From a virus (taxonomy: Duplodnaviria > Caudoviricetes): a DNA stretch of 64,000 nucleotides. The notes beneath the pieces are model-generated. The model was not told where the DNA came from, did no database searches, and saw only the letters and a list, made by a program, of their open reading frames with translations. Location of the stretch: IMG/VR virus record IMGVR_UViG_3300018494_000083. The stretch is one strand, 5' to 3'. A program made the translations under genes and the position numbers. Of this stretch, positions 18,877-29,171 are shown one piece after another; position 1 is the first letter of the stretch; each line of letters opens with the position of its first letter.

Positions 18877-19425
18877 ATGAGTAATATTATAGATAAACTT
18901 CTTGAAACTGCAAGTGCTCTGAATGAAGATGCTTATGCACGCCATCAACAGAGGAAGCTTGTTGAAGGAAATAAAAAGATTGATGAGATAGACAAAAAGA
19001 TTGACTCAGAAAGAAAGAAAACTGAGTTTGGTAAATCTGATAAAACCCTTAGACAGCTCGAGAAGGACAAAAAGAGAATAGAACAGAGTCATGCAGTAAA
19101 AGGGCAAGTTCAGGGGTCTGGAACTCATTTTGAAATTCGACCGGCGGGGAAAGATAATATTTTAGATACATATACTGGAAATGTTTACTCTATGGGTGAT
19201 ACTATATTAAATCCTCGAAATAAGAATTCTCTTCGTAAAGATGGTAATGAATCATCAAGAAAAAGTGCAGAGCCAAAAAATGCAGCTCTTCATGACCGCA
19301 TCAATAAGAGATCTGAAAAATATACGCCTGCAGATAAGAAATCTACTCAGCATGAGTCGGTAGCTAGGCTCGCTGAACTTCTTGTTGAGGCAGCTAATAT
19401 TCTTCTTGAAACTGAAAATAAGTAA
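18877..19425 (+). CDS. Basic hypothetical protein, putative internal head protein
   Basis: Start MSNII after GGAGG; LLET, ALNED and LVEA motifs flank a basic core. Confidence 0.65.
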   Translation: MSNIIDKLLETASALNEDAYARHQQRKLVEGNKKIDEIDKKIDSERKKTEFGKSDKTLRQLEKDKKRIEQSHAVKGQVQGSGTHFEIRPAGKDNILDTYTGNVYSMGDTILNPRNKNSLRKDGNESSRKSAEPKNAALHDRINKRSEKYTPADKKSTQHESVARLAELLVEAANILLETENK

Positions 19426-19449
19426 TGTAAAATCCAACTGAACAAAGAT

Positions 19450-19481
19450 AGGGAGATAGCCGTAATTGGCTATCTCCTTCT
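19450..19481. terminator. Bidirectional terminator between convergent genes
   Basis: GGAGATAGCC-loop-GGCTATCTCC. Confidence 0.7.
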
Positions 19482-19495
19482 ATCTATTTTTTGAG

Positions 19496-20698
19496 TTATT
19501 TTTTGAAAAATTTCATGATGAAACTAATGATATTATTGAGAAGCTTGATCAAGAAATTATCCATTTCTTCTTTGTTCTCAATATAAGTATCAGTATTTTC
19601 AGTCTGCACTTCTTTATCCTGTGCGTTATCTTCCACTTCAGGTGCGCTAGATTCAGGGACGTCTTCTACTACAGGAGGGTCAATAACTTCGGGTTCTTTG
19701 TTCTCGGTATTATTATCCACTATCGGAGGAATTTCATTCTCCTCGGGATCAGGCTCATGAGAACAACTAACGAGCTTAACATCGCTCTTAAATACAACAC
19801 CGGTTATTGCACCAGTCTTCTGTGTAGAAAAGACTACTTCGTTATCTCCACGCATTCCTCTATAATAGAGAGTATTATTAAATACCCAAGATGGAATAGA
19901 TTTACCACTAGAGTATTTGGTTGTCGTTAACGAGATAACATCACCTTCATGGAAAGTCGGCGTATCGTCTGAAGATACATCGTTTGTCAAAATGCTTTTT
20001 ACGTCTTGTCTTACTTTATCCATACTTCTCGGAAGACCCATAGCTTTAAACCATGCATATACATCACCATGGTTACCACCAAGATTCAGAGAATGGCTCT
20101 CAGCATGACAAGTAATAGTAGGAACCTGAATTCCACCGAAATCATTATATCCCATAGGATCGATATTGAACAGCTTACAGAAATAAGCAGTTACTTCACA
20201 AGCCTCTTTATAGACTTGCTCAAAGTATTCCTTACTCTTATAACCGTCGTCACAGATCTCAAACTGAATATAATGCTGACGAATCCAGTATTTTGTGTTG
20301 ACCTTTACATACTTGATATTATGATCTTGCATCCACTTCAAGCTATCCGAAAAGAGATAACCATTGAGTGAGCCTTTAGAACCGCTACCGCAACCCCAAG
20401 GAGCCCTTGTCCATTCACCAGTCTGAACTGTTGCAATAGATCCATCAGCAAGTTTACCAATCCAACAATTCAAACCAGCATCATGTTCAATATGATTCCA
20501 GTCATTGTTGTACTTATTCTTACCGAGAATTTGCATGAGTTCATCATAGTTTTCGTCACCCTTATAAGGCTGAACGAATCTACAAAGATTAGGGTTACCT
20601 GACGCAGTATCATGCCATAAGATGCCGATAGGTTTACTATCATTAATGGCACCCTTATACCAAGTACTCTTAGTCATAAAGCATTTGATTAAGTTCAT
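19496..20698 (-). CDS. N-acetylmuramoyl-L-alanine amidase (Amidase_2-type endolysin)
   Basis: GILWHDTA, YIQFEICDD and TCHAE...NHGD zinc-amidase motifs; acidic linker; C-terminal amphipathic helix. Late-type promoter motif at 20768-20755. Confidence 0.8.
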   Translation of the reverse strand: MNLIKCFMTKSTWYKGAINDSKPIGILWHDTASGNPNLCRFVQPYKGDENYDELMQILGKNKYNNDWNHIEHDAGLNCWIGKLADGSIATVQTGEWTRAPWGCGSGSKGSLNGYLFSDSLKWMQDHNIKYVKVNTKYWIRQHYIQFEICDDGYKSKEYFEQVYKEACEVTAYFCKLFNIDPMGYNDFGGIQVPTITCHAESHSLNLGGNHGDVYAWFKAMGLPRSMDKVRQDVKSILTNDVSSDDTPTFHEGDVISLTTTKYSSGKSIPSWVFNNTLYYRGMRGDNEVVFSTQKTGAITGVVFKSDVKLVSCSHEPDPEENEIPPIVDNNTENKEPEVIDPPVVEDVPESSAPEVEDNAQDKEVQTENTDTYIENKEEMDNFLIKLLNNIISFIMKFFKK

Positions 20699-20800
20699 TA
20701 AATCACCATTCCTTAAACTATAAGTAAACTGCACATCTCAATCGTGTACAGCTTCTTATATAAATGTTTCCCAACCAGTTTAAAGAAAAAAAATAAAATA

Positions 20801-20827
20801 GAGAGACGCCCGATGTGGACGTCTCTC
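20801..20827 (-). terminator. Intrinsic terminator ending the leftward operon
   Basis: GAGAGACG-loop-CGTCTCTC, with an A tract on the left (T tract on the minus strand). Confidence 0.7.
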
Positions 20828-20835
20828 TTTCTTTG

Positions 20836-21315
20836 TTAGTCATTCAATTTGATTGCATAACGAACGATATCAAAGGACATATTGAACAGATCCTGGATAT
20901 AGGTTACTTGCTTCACGAGAAATGCCCACATACCAAAGTCTTTCAACTCAAGTTTGTTTGCATATTCATCGTAGATAAAGAAGTTCTCGTTATATGCATT
21001 GAACTGCTCATAAGCTTTCTCAAGACTATCATTCATCGTCTGGTACTGGGGTTGAGTATCCTTATCACGAGTGACTTTGATTTTGAGTACATTGGTAGCC
21101 AAGATCATATCGATAATCTTGTGCATATTAGCGTTGTGTTGATTGCATTTGATTCGGATAATATTCTCGAGATTCGTAGAAGTCTCCATATTGTGATTCT
21201 TCATCAATGAATGCTCTCTTGCATACTTATCCAAATCGTCACGAGTGAACTCATGTTCCTTGATATACTTGTCGTCAAGTATTTTTATCTCCGGCATTAT
21301 TAGTGCTCCTTTCAT
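20836..21315 (-). CDS. Hypothetical protein
   Basis: ORF in a tightly packed minus-strand operon. Confidence 0.65.
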   Translation of the reverse strand: MKGALIMPEIKILDDKYIKEHEFTRDDLDKYAREHSLMKNHNMETSTNLENIIRIKCNQHNANMHKIIDMILATNVLKIKVTRDKDTQPQYQTMNDSLEKAYEQFNAYNENFFIYDEYANKLELKDFGMWAFLVKQVTYIQDLFNMSFDIVRYAIKLND

Positions 21316-22081
21316 TAAGATATGTACGTTCGATATAATCCACCCAGAACTTATTGAACTGAGTCACGGTAGATTCATACCATTGCTCAAGCTCTTCTTT
21401 GTACCAGTCATCATCGTGATTATTATCGACACGAATGACCTTGTCAAAGATAGGGGATGAGTAAATATTCAACGGGTTATCTGCTGTTGCTACTGCAAAG
21501 TGGAATGTTGTATCTTTCTTAGACCAACCTGTTTGAGCGATTGCAATATAATAATCTCCATGATTGAGAATATATTTACAACCATGCTCAGTGAACCAAA
21601 CTTCGAACGAAGGAAGATCTGGGATCTTCACGCGAATGGAAAATTCTGGCGGCTTTGATTTGGTTTTTATACCAAATTCAATGAGTTTGGTGAGAGATGC
21701 ACATTCATACCTGAGTCTTGTGAAAAGATTATAAAGATCAAGACACTTTACCTTTCTAGCGGTGTTTATGAAAGGTTGAATCTTTTTATCTATTTCTTTC
21801 ATCTCTTGAACCATGTGCACGAATTTTCCAACGGTTAATGTATCCCACCGATCTTCACTATTTGCTATTTTCAAAGCAGTCTCGATTCCAGCCAACTTCA
21901 TCATATAAACATCGCGTTTAATTTTAAATATGATTCCAAGAGGCTGTTCAAATACAGGTTTTTCTACATCGAATTCCGTGCTTACCAGAGTAAGGACTTC
22001 TTCAGAAAAATTCACATCCTGCACATCTTTGACAGCCAGAGAATTGGTATCATAGGATTTATTATCGATCTCGAAAATCAT
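21275..22081 (-). CDS. Hypothetical protein
   Basis: 268-aa ORF, ATGA-coupled to the upstream gene. Confidence 0.7.
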   Translation of the reverse strand: MIFEIDNKSYDTNSLAVKDVQDVNFSEEVLTLVSTEFDVEKPVFEQPLGIIFKIKRDVYMMKLAGIETALKIANSEDRWDTLTVGKFVHMVQEMKEIDKKIQPFINTARKVKCLDLYNLFTRLRYECASLTKLIEFGIKTKSKPPEFSIRVKIPDLPSFEVWFTEHGCKYILNHGDYYIAIAQTGWSKKDTTFHFAVATADNPLNIYSSPIFDKVIRVDNNHDDDWYKEELEQWYESTVTQFNKFWVDYIERTYLNERSTNNAGDKNT

Positions 22082-22323
22082 TGCTTATTCTTCCTTTCTC
22101 GAAGACCTTGGATGAATCCAACGATGAAGTTGACCAAAGCAAGCAGAATGACTGCTTGCCAGAAAGTCAACTCGGGAATCATAGTGAAAATCGATGCAAT
22201 AGACCAGTTCCAGAGAAGCATGAAGATCCATCCTTCAAAGGCAATTACTCCAGCCCAGATGATAAGCCCAAAAAAGGCACCAAGAATGTATCCCATGTTA
22301 TTTTCCTTTCCCGTAAGGTCCAT
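22078..22323 (-). CDS. Small membrane protein
   Basis: Two hydrophobic segments; part of the operon. Confidence 0.65.
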   Translation of the reverse strand: MDLTGKENNMGYILGAFFGLIIWAGVIAFEGWIFMLLWNWSIASIFTMIPELTFWQAVILLALVNFIVGFIQGLRERKNKQ

Positions 22324-22522
22324 TGAGCATGGAATTCATTGCCATGATTCCTGCAAGTTTACCCATTGCTCTTTGTCTCTTTGCGTTCTTTTCTTCGATG
22401 TATTTCTTTTGTTCTTCGGGAGGAAGAGACATTAAGTACTCTTCCTCTCTACGCTGTTCTTCGATGCGGGCTTTTACTGCCTGCTCTTCATCCCATTTTC
22501 TACGAGCTTTAAGTGCATTCAT
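22298..22522 (-). CDS. Hypothetical protein
   Basis: Start MNALKARR after GAGG, immediately after the folD stop. Confidence 0.6.
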   Translation of the reverse strand: MNALKARRKWDEEQAVKARIEEQRREEEYLMSLPPEEQKKYIEEKNAKRQRAMGKLAGIMAMNSMLNGPYGKGK

Positions 22523-22523
22523 A

Positions 22524-23747
22524 TCAATACAACCTCGTTTCTGTAATTTTGGATCCATCAGGATAGATGTGAGTGATATCGTATTGAACCTCAAAATCCT
22601 CCATATCGGCAGGGGCTTTTGAATGATCAATTACGTTGGGTGTGATATATGTCTTGCACCAGAGAGATTCCCAGAAGAGATTACGATAGCAAACGTGTCT
22701 CTTCCACATCTTACACCAAGCAAGATATGTATTGAACACAACCATTGCAGTTGTCAGAGGACCGACTCCTCCAGGTACAGGTGTATAGAGAATATCCATG
22801 TCATGATGAAGAAGATCACGAGCAAAGATACTGTTCATATCAACATCACCCTCAAGCTTACCAGTATCCTCATTTCTGTGGATACCTACATCAATAAGCA
22901 TCTTCCTGGGATACTTTTCAGAGTCTTTATCATACATGGTCAGGATGTCTGCATTGACTACACCAGGGTAACCTGTAGCCGAGATTACGATATCCGACTC
23001 ATTGATGATTCTCTTGAGTTCATCTGGGTCTGTACGGGAATGGCAGAGTGTAACTGTGTGATCAAGTCCAGTCATAAGAAGAGACAGAGGCTTACCAACG
23101 ATGTTACTTCTACCGATAACTGCAACTCGCTTTGCAGCATTCTCGAGCTTCTCAATCTCAGAGTTACCCGACCACATGAGAAGGTTGACGATTCCGGCAG
23201 GTGTACAAGGTCTAAAATCATATGCTGTAGAGGTGCCCATGCAGACATTAAACACATTTTGAGGATTCAAACAATCCACATCCTTGTATGGTGCGATAAA
23301 CTCGTAAAGAGGCTCGCAATCGATACCTTCCTCTCGTCCAAGACCATTATCAGCATTTCCGCAAGGAAGCTGAAGGATGATTCCGTTAATAGAAGGATCA
23401 TTGTTGAGAACTTCGATCTTGTCTTTGATCTTATTGTAAAGATCGGGATCAAATCGTCTACCCTCATACTGAGATACAAAACGATGAACCTGACAAAGCA
23501 TGCCGGCTCTTTCACAGCATCTCAGTTTGTTTCTGAGATAGGATCTGGTAGGTGCATCTGTATTCTCATCTCCGGTTTCGACATGGATGATTGCAAGAGT
23601 TGGAACTCTGAGAGAATAGACACAGCTATGGTAATCAAAATGAGCACTTGTTCTGAGAAGATCGATCATCTCTCTTGTCTTATCGATTACACGATTTGCA
23701 AATTCCTTGCAATTGATTTCACGGATTCCACTGATATTGATTTCCAT
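22524..23747 (-). CDS. folD: Bifunctional methylenetetrahydrofolate dehydrogenase/cyclohydrolase
   Basis: GIILQLP, KDVDCLNP, PCTPAG, VAVIGRSNIVGKP, TLCHSRT, IDVGI and TPVPGGVGPLT. Confidence 0.93.
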   Translation of the reverse strand: MEINISGIREINCKEFANRVIDKTREMIDLLRTSAHFDYHSCVYSLRVPTLAIIHVETGDENTDAPTRSYLRNKLRCCERAGMLCQVHRFVSQYEGRRFDPDLYNKIKDKIEVLNNDPSINGIILQLPCGNADNGLGREEGIDCEPLYEFIAPYKDVDCLNPQNVFNVCMGTSTAYDFRPCTPAGIVNLLMWSGNSEIEKLENAAKRVAVIGRSNIVGKPLSLLMTGLDHTVTLCHSRTDPDELKRIINESDIVISATGYPGVVNADILTMYDKDSEKYPRKMLIDVGIHRNEDTGKLEGDVDMNSIFARDLLHHDMDILYTPVPGGVGPLTTAMVVFNTYLAWCKMWKRHVCYRNLFWESLWCKTYITPNVIDHSKAPADMEDFEVQYDITHIYPDGSKITETRLY

Positions 23748-23760
23748 GATTCATACCTCC

Positions 23761-24210
23761 TTAGAGAGCTACCACATTGGGCTTATCGCCGGTGTAGGGA
23801 AGAGGAACAACAAGCTCGGGATCTGCATTATACTTAGCATCTGCGAATGCCTGAACTGCAGAGAGATTAGCTTGAGCTCCACCGATAGTTGTAGTGATGA
23901 TATCTCCCTTTCCCATCAGATTGAGATCGATGAGAATCTGAAGTTCTTCAAGAGTTCCTTTGGGGTCGGTACCAAAATACTGTTTAATGGTTGCAATTGC
24001 ACAACCAAGAATATGCATCAGTTCTTTTGGATTTTCATTTACAAATCTGTAGCCAAGCTTCTCACGAGCAGGTTCAGATACGTAGGTAAGAGAAAGACTT
24101 GCATTGTCACGGACGGTGATTCTGAGAACACCGTTGTTGGTGCAGAGTCTGATTTCGTTAGGGATATACTCAACGGATTTGGATTTCTTACGGTTGAAAA
24201 GTTTACACAT
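23761..24210 (-). CDS. Hypothetical protein
   Basis: 149-aa ORF with AGGAG RBS. Confidence 0.65.
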   Translation of the reverse strand: MCKLFNRKKSKSVEYIPNEIRLCTNNGVLRITVRDNASLSLTYVSEPAREKLGYRFVNENPKELMHILGCAIATIKQYFGTDPKGTLEELQILIDLNLMGKGDIITTTIGGAQANLSAVQAFADAKYNADPELVVPLPYTGDKPNVVAL

Positions 24211-24243
24211 TTTTATACTTCTCCTTAATTCCTTAAAATTTTC

Positions 24244-24648
24244 TTATTGAATTTCTTCTAAAAATGGAAGAGATGCCATTGCGGCATTATACTTCTCAAC
24301 TACCATCTTAAGGACATGTTCATGATCCTCAATCTCGGTATTGAATTTGTTATAGAAAGGTTGATACGGTTGACAAAATGCCATATCTAATACGATAGTG
24401 TGAGTAAAGTCATCCCACCTAGAAAGATCTTCAGGAAATCCTATTCCAAGATCAAGTGCAAATCTATGCTCTTTATTCTTCCTAGGGTGACGGGTACCAG
24501 CTATGATAACCATAACTGATAAATCTATCGTCAAATGTAATATGGTATCTTTGGATATCCAGGTACCATAATTATCTTGGATACCTGGATAGTTTCTTAT
24601 CTCGTCAAGCGTTGTCCCTTCTTTGAGTTTAAATCGCTTGATTCTCAT
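24244..24648 (-). CDS. Hypothetical protein
   Basis: 134-aa ORF, ATGA-coupled. Confidence 0.65.
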   Translation of the reverse strand: MRIKRFKLKEGTTLDEIRNYPGIQDNYGTWISKDTILHLTIDLSVMVIIAGTRHPRKNKEHRFALDLGIGFPEDLSRWDDFTHTIVLDMAFCQPYQPFYNKFNTEIEDHEHVLKMVVEKYNAAMASLPFLEEIQ

Positions 24649-25940
24649 ACGATCTTATTGATCTTGGTGCATACATAACCATATGCCCAGATAAGTGCAT
24701 CATAGTTATATACACTTGCAATCTCTTTGAGAGCAGGGATTGTACGAACGGTGTCTGTGAAATTATTCAGTCCATACACATCCCATTCAGAGTTTGCATC
24801 CTTGCGGATTCTGAAGAGATACGCAGGTTTTGTAATACGTTCCATTTCATATCCCTCGAAATTCTCAAGGAAGATATCACCGATCGTACGGTAACCAATA
24901 GGACCATATCCAGGTTCTCTCTTTGCTGCTTTCCATGCATCGTATGTATTTCTCGGAAACAGCTTGCTGAGGCGGTACTTTGTGATGTTGAAGTCTCTAA
25001 GAAGACTGGTCATAGCATCCACAGTCAATTCATAATTAAAGTACTCTTCAAGAGCTTTATTATACATACATGCAATTGCAGGACGGATAGCATCATCAGA
25101 TGCTATAACTTTCGCAGCTTTCTCGGGTTGTTCGCGGCAGAACGAAAGAACCATGTAATTGAGGATGAAACTCAGACTGTTATCGTCAAAAGTCCCATAC
25201 TCGCGCATCCAGTCACTGCAAAGTGCATTGTCGAGATGTTTGATAAAATCTTCGGGTTTCATGGTCGTATCGCAATCATCGAGCAAGTTGATGAAAAACA
25301 TTCTCATGCGGTTAAACCACTTTGTGAATGCTGTATCCCATTCCTTCTTTTTGGACTGGTGATAAGCATTGACCGTGCCGCGGATCTCTGTAATAGCATA
25401 CTCGAAATGAGTATTGCGGACACAATGGAATTCTGAAATGAAGCACTTGGTAAGATATGTCGGATCAAATGCGACATCGTATATACCGGCAATGGTATTG
25501 ATACGAATATGAGGCTTATCATAGAGAACCTCAGTTCTGTCTTGGGGGAGATTTTCTGTGGTTGCAAGATATTCAGTGAATCTCTTGAGAACTCTCTTGA
25601 CTTCATCTGCCTCGATCTCGACATAGTCGATCTTACCTTCCCAATCGGAATAGTCCTGCTTAATGATCAAGGTTCTGAGAACCGTGTTAGCATCTGCTTC
25701 GTGATAGATATATGCACTTGAAGTGGTATCATGACGGAAGTTACTCCTCAAATACAAATCGTTGTCTCTGACAGAAAACAGATTTGTGTCAAAAGTGGCA
25801 AGACTCTTGAGATCCTCGAATATAGCATCGTTGAGATTATCGAGATCCTTTCTCAGCCTTTTCAGGTTGATTTTCTTAACGATGTTTAATACACCGTATT
25901 TGATTTTGTTGATGGTGCGAGTAAAGATGTTGGTTTTCAT
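24645..25940 (-). CDS. Hypothetical protein
   Basis: 431-aa ORF in the operon. Confidence 0.75.
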   Translation of the reverse strand: MKTNIFTRTINKIKYGVLNIVKKINLKRLRKDLDNLNDAIFEDLKSLATFDTNLFSVRDNDLYLRSNFRHDTTSSAYIYHEADANTVLRTLIIKQDYSDWEGKIDYVEIEADEVKRVLKRFTEYLATTENLPQDRTEVLYDKPHIRINTIAGIYDVAFDPTYLTKCFISEFHCVRNTHFEYAITEIRGTVNAYHQSKKKEWDTAFTKWFNRMRMFFINLLDDCDTTMKPEDFIKHLDNALCSDWMREYGTFDDNSLSFILNYMVLSFCREQPEKAAKVIASDDAIRPAIACMYNKALEEYFNYELTVDAMTSLLRDFNITKYRLSKLFPRNTYDAWKAAKREPGYGPIGYRTIGDIFLENFEGYEMERITKPAYLFRIRKDANSEWDVYGLNNFTDTVRTIPALKEIASVYNYDALIWAYGYVCTKINKIV

Positions 25941-25944
25941 TTTC

Positions 25945-26796
25945 TTATTTTCCTTTCGTTTCTCTTCTTTTCTTTCTACAATCTAAACAACGCTTGGGTA
26001 GTGACATTCCCTTTCTTTCATAGAACTGAACGTCATTCAAAGAAATGTAAAACTTCTTTTTACAATCTTTGCAAATCTCTTCTCTCCAAGGAAGATTATC
26101 GATAACTGTGGCTGCACAAAGACTTCCATGAATATGATCAAGCTTCTCATAGCTATCGATCTTTTCATACGGAATGATATTGTAATCATCGGGAGAGATA
26201 TTGGTTCGAACCAATCTATCGACCTTATCCCAGTCGATATCCGATTCTTTGTAGCCAGACTTAAGAGACTTGGAAACTATAGCAATCAAGTATCTAATTC
26301 TGAGCCACATCTTCGCATTCTTCATGGTATCGTTGAACAGGGCTTCCTGAATTACGACTGCCTTCTCCTGAAGTTCATCAAGCTCTTTTTGAGCTGCTTC
26401 TTCATCGTTAGCAGCCTTATCAACGAGCTTATCAACACAGGCTGAGCAGAGACCACTACCTCCTGTGTCATCATAACCACCACAGGCTTCACACTTGTTC
26501 TGAGTGTTTGATGCTTCATCGAGAAACTTATTGCATTCTTCATTCAGTTTCTCTTTATTAGCTTCCTCGCAATCAGGACAATAGTAGACACCCGTAGGAT
26601 CCATCACAGTCCGAGCTCCACATTCGGGACAAGGCTTTGAGTGATGATCTCCTCTAGGCATATAGTCGGCTTTCATCTCCTGAAGCTTACGCTGTTCTTC
26701 GGGATCGATTTTTCCACCAAGGTCTTCCACAAGGTTAGATGCATCTGTTGGAGGTCTCTTTTTTACACGGAGACTTTTAAAAAATATTGGGAACAT
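25945..26796 (-). CDS. Multi-zinc-ribbon protein with a C-terminal zf-trcl-like domain
   Basis: CPECG..CPDC, CEACG..CSAC and CKDC..F....E/D..FY..KG...PKRC..CR; start MFPIFF. Confidence 0.7.
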   Translation of the reverse strand: MFPIFFKSLRVKKRPPTDASNLVEDLGGKIDPEEQRKLQEMKADYMPRGDHHSKPCPECGARTVMDPTGVYYCPDCEEANKEKLNEECNKFLDEASNTQNKCEACGGYDDTGGSGLCSACVDKLVDKAANDEEAAQKELDELQEKAVVIQEALFNDTMKNAKMWLRIRYLIAIVSKSLKSGYKESDIDWDKVDRLVRTNISPDDYNIIPYEKIDSYEKLDHIHGSLCAATVIDNLPWREEICKDCKKKFYISLNDVQFYERKGMSLPKRCLDCRKKRRETKGK

Positions 26797-26797
26797 C

Positions 26798-27307
26798 TTA
26801 TGCCTCCTCTGCGTTGGCTTTCCTCGTATCTCTACACTTCTGGCAACGCTTCGGAATGCAGAGATTCTTCTGACGATAGAATGCGATTTCAGAAGAAGAG
26901 ATTGTAAACTCTTCTCCACAATCTTTGCATACTTCTTTTCTCCAAGGATTAGAAGTCATGATCATAGCATTCAAGATCTGAGTATAGATCTCGGTTACCT
27001 GTTCAAGACTTGTAATCTTCTCGGGAATGATATTGAAGTCGGTGGGATCCTGGTTGGACATGAGATTCTTCATCACATAATCCCAGTCAACCTTATCGAT
27101 TTCTCCCGATTCATCAAGAGAAGTGAGGATCTCTTTGAGACACTTAAAACGAACGAACATAGTGCCTTCGGAGATAAACTTAATATTCTGACTCTGATAA
27201 AGAGGGTGAGGAATATCATATCGGTGCGGGGATGCGATCATCTTTTTGCAGATATCCATAATATCGGTATCATTGATGATTGTATCGTTTACCTTATTCG
27301 TGTTCAT
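26798..27307 (-). CDS. zf-trcl-like zinc-ribbon protein, paralogue of the downstream gene
   Basis: CKDCGEEFTISSSEIAFYRQKNLCIPKRCQKCR. Confidence 0.7.
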   Translation of the reverse strand: MNTNKVNDTIINDTDIMDICKKMIASPHRYDIPHPLYQSQNIKFISEGTMFVRFKCLKEILTSLDESGEIDKVDWDYVMKNLMSNQDPTDFNIIPEKITSLEQVTEIYTQILNAMIMTSNPWRKEVCKDCGEEFTISSSEIAFYRQKNLCIPKRCQKCRDTRKANAEEA

Positions 27308-27323
27308 AATAGTTTCCTTTCAT

Positions 27324-28055
27324 TTAGAACATTTTGTATTTTGTCACATTGCGACCACGTGTTACGATTGTTGCATACTCGGGTACGAGTTCTCTGTTTG
27401 TGAGGATTTTCTTTCCATCTGCAACTACACAGGTCACAATTATGTAATCTTGTCCAGCGTCGAATCTCACAATAGCAGTATCGATATTGGGATTCGTCTT
27501 CTTTATAATATACCCATTCTTTACATCATGGATAAATCTTGACTGATTATAAACCAGTTTGGGGAATCTGTCATCAAGAGGTCTGAGATGTATCTTGCGA
27601 CAGTTGTTACAGTCATAGTAATCGTCATCGATTACATATTCAACCCAGTACGAGTCTTCAGGACAGTAGATATTACAAGCCTTTGTTCTGACTCTTCTGC
27701 ATGCCTGAGAGTGAACGATATCGGGTGTGGGTATATTGATGAAATAATGATTATCGGATATCTCACTATGAGTAGGTTCGAGATTAACCTTGTGCTCAAT
27801 TCCGAGCTTTTCAAGAAGATTCTCGAATACATCGATGTCATGACTTGTGAGAGATACGTATTTAATGGCAGCCATTCCTTCGTAGAGAAGTTGGATTCCT
27901 TCACGGAGACCATATGTAATTCCATCTTCAAGGTCTTCGATATAGTTACATCCATCACCGAATTCTCCGATATGGAACCAGCAATTCATCTTTGTTATGG
28001 TTGCTATTTTGTCAAGCACTTCTGCTTCTGATTGAGTTAATCTAGTTACGATCAT
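27324..28055 (-). CDS. Hypothetical protein
   Basis: 243-aa ORF with RBS. Confidence 0.65.
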   Translation of the reverse strand: MIVTRLTQSEAEVLDKIATITKMNCWFHIGEFGDGCNYIEDLEDGITYGLREGIQLLYEGMAAIKYVSLTSHDIDVFENLLEKLGIEHKVNLEPTHSEISDNHYFINIPTPDIVHSQACRRVRTKACNIYCPEDSYWVEYVIDDDYYDCNNCRKIHLRPLDDRFPKLVYNQSRFIHDVKNGYIIKKTNPNIDTAIVRFDAGQDYIIVTCVVADGKKILTNRELVPEYATIVTRGRNVTKYKMF

Positions 28056-28097
28056 TTCCTTAATTTCCTTTCAGTTCCTTATTTCCAAAAAATTTCC

Positions 28098-29171
28098 TTA
28101 TTTCACATCGTGAACTTCAACGGGAAGATCACCTGATGCATTTGCATTTACTGCAATACTGTCGATCCAGAGAATGGTCAGTTCGGTTCTACCCTTACCT
28201 GTCCAATATCTGTGCCAGTGTGCCCTTCTCATATGAGGTCTGGGACTTCTATGACCTACATGTTTACTAGGATCGGTCTTTGCTTCTTGAGTCTGTCTCT
28301 TATACTCGCGCAATTGAGACCCATAGCGAAGTGCTACATCCCAAGTTCTTACTTCTGCAAAATGATGCTTGTTGCTCGGAGGTCTTCTCTTGATAGGTCT
28401 CTCCAAGATCTCGGCATTCTTTGCACAGAGGTAAGATAATACATCGATCAATCCTTTGTGAATGAGACAAGCATTGACGATATAGTTAGCCATGAATTCA
28501 TTATGTGATTCAATCAGCTTAGGATATCTTTGATTTTTCGGCATATCATTAAGTGCCATCTCATACAGTGTCGCAGCACAATCTCTAACCGTCTTCTTCT
28601 CCGTCTTCGGGATAAGGAAGCAAGAAGGAATCATTCCATCTTTTTCATCGATCCAAGATACGATAACGTAGTAGAAGTCTTTGAAATATGTATCATCTAC
28701 ATAGACGAATACGTTCGTCACTTTCATAGAATCGACATCATATGCATTACCCTGCGTTATCTTTCTCTGACCGACAACATAGTTGATATTATCGAAGTCG
28801 ATTGCGAAAGACTTGAATGGAAGTCTGTTTAAGGGAATGGGCTCAACGTACAGAAGCTTCTCGGCATTTGTGTCAAGATATCTATGCATAGATTCACCCG
28901 GTTTTACAGGATGAACAAATTCGTCAAGAACATCAGGATCGAATCTATACGATTCTTTTGTTTTTGACCATTCATAGACTGATCTGAGAGCCAACCATGT
29001 GTTTCTTCCTTCATCCAAAGTCAACATATAGATGCTGCTGTTCTCTTTTGTGACATTGATCTTGGAGAAGTCGATGCTCTTTGAAAACATTCTCAGAGTC
29101 ATCAGGGGTGGATAAGGACATGTATTGTAGTCATATCCTTTTGAGTTTAGCCTAGCGTTTTCTTTTTTCAT
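28098..29171 (-). CDS. Hypothetical phage protein with a C-terminal PHxRRxHW motif
   Basis: SPRPHMRRAHWHRYWTG; first gene after the TATACATTATA motif. Confidence 0.7.
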   Translation of the reverse strand: MKKENARLNSKGYDYNTCPYPPLMTLRMFSKSIDFSKINVTKENSSIYMLTLDEGRNTWLALRSVYEWSKTKESYRFDPDVLDEFVHPVKPGESMHRYLDTNAEKLLYVEPIPLNRLPFKSFAIDFDNINYVVGQRKITQGNAYDVDSMKVTNVFVYVDDTYFKDFYYVIVSWIDEKDGMIPSCFLIPKTEKKTVRDCAATLYEMALNDMPKNQRYPKLIESHNEFMANYIVNACLIHKGLIDVLSYLCAKNAEILERPIKRRPPSNKHHFAEVRTWDVALRYGSQLREYKRQTQEAKTDPSKHVGHRSPRPHMRRAHWHRYWTGKGRTELTILWIDSIAVNANASGDLPVEVHDVK

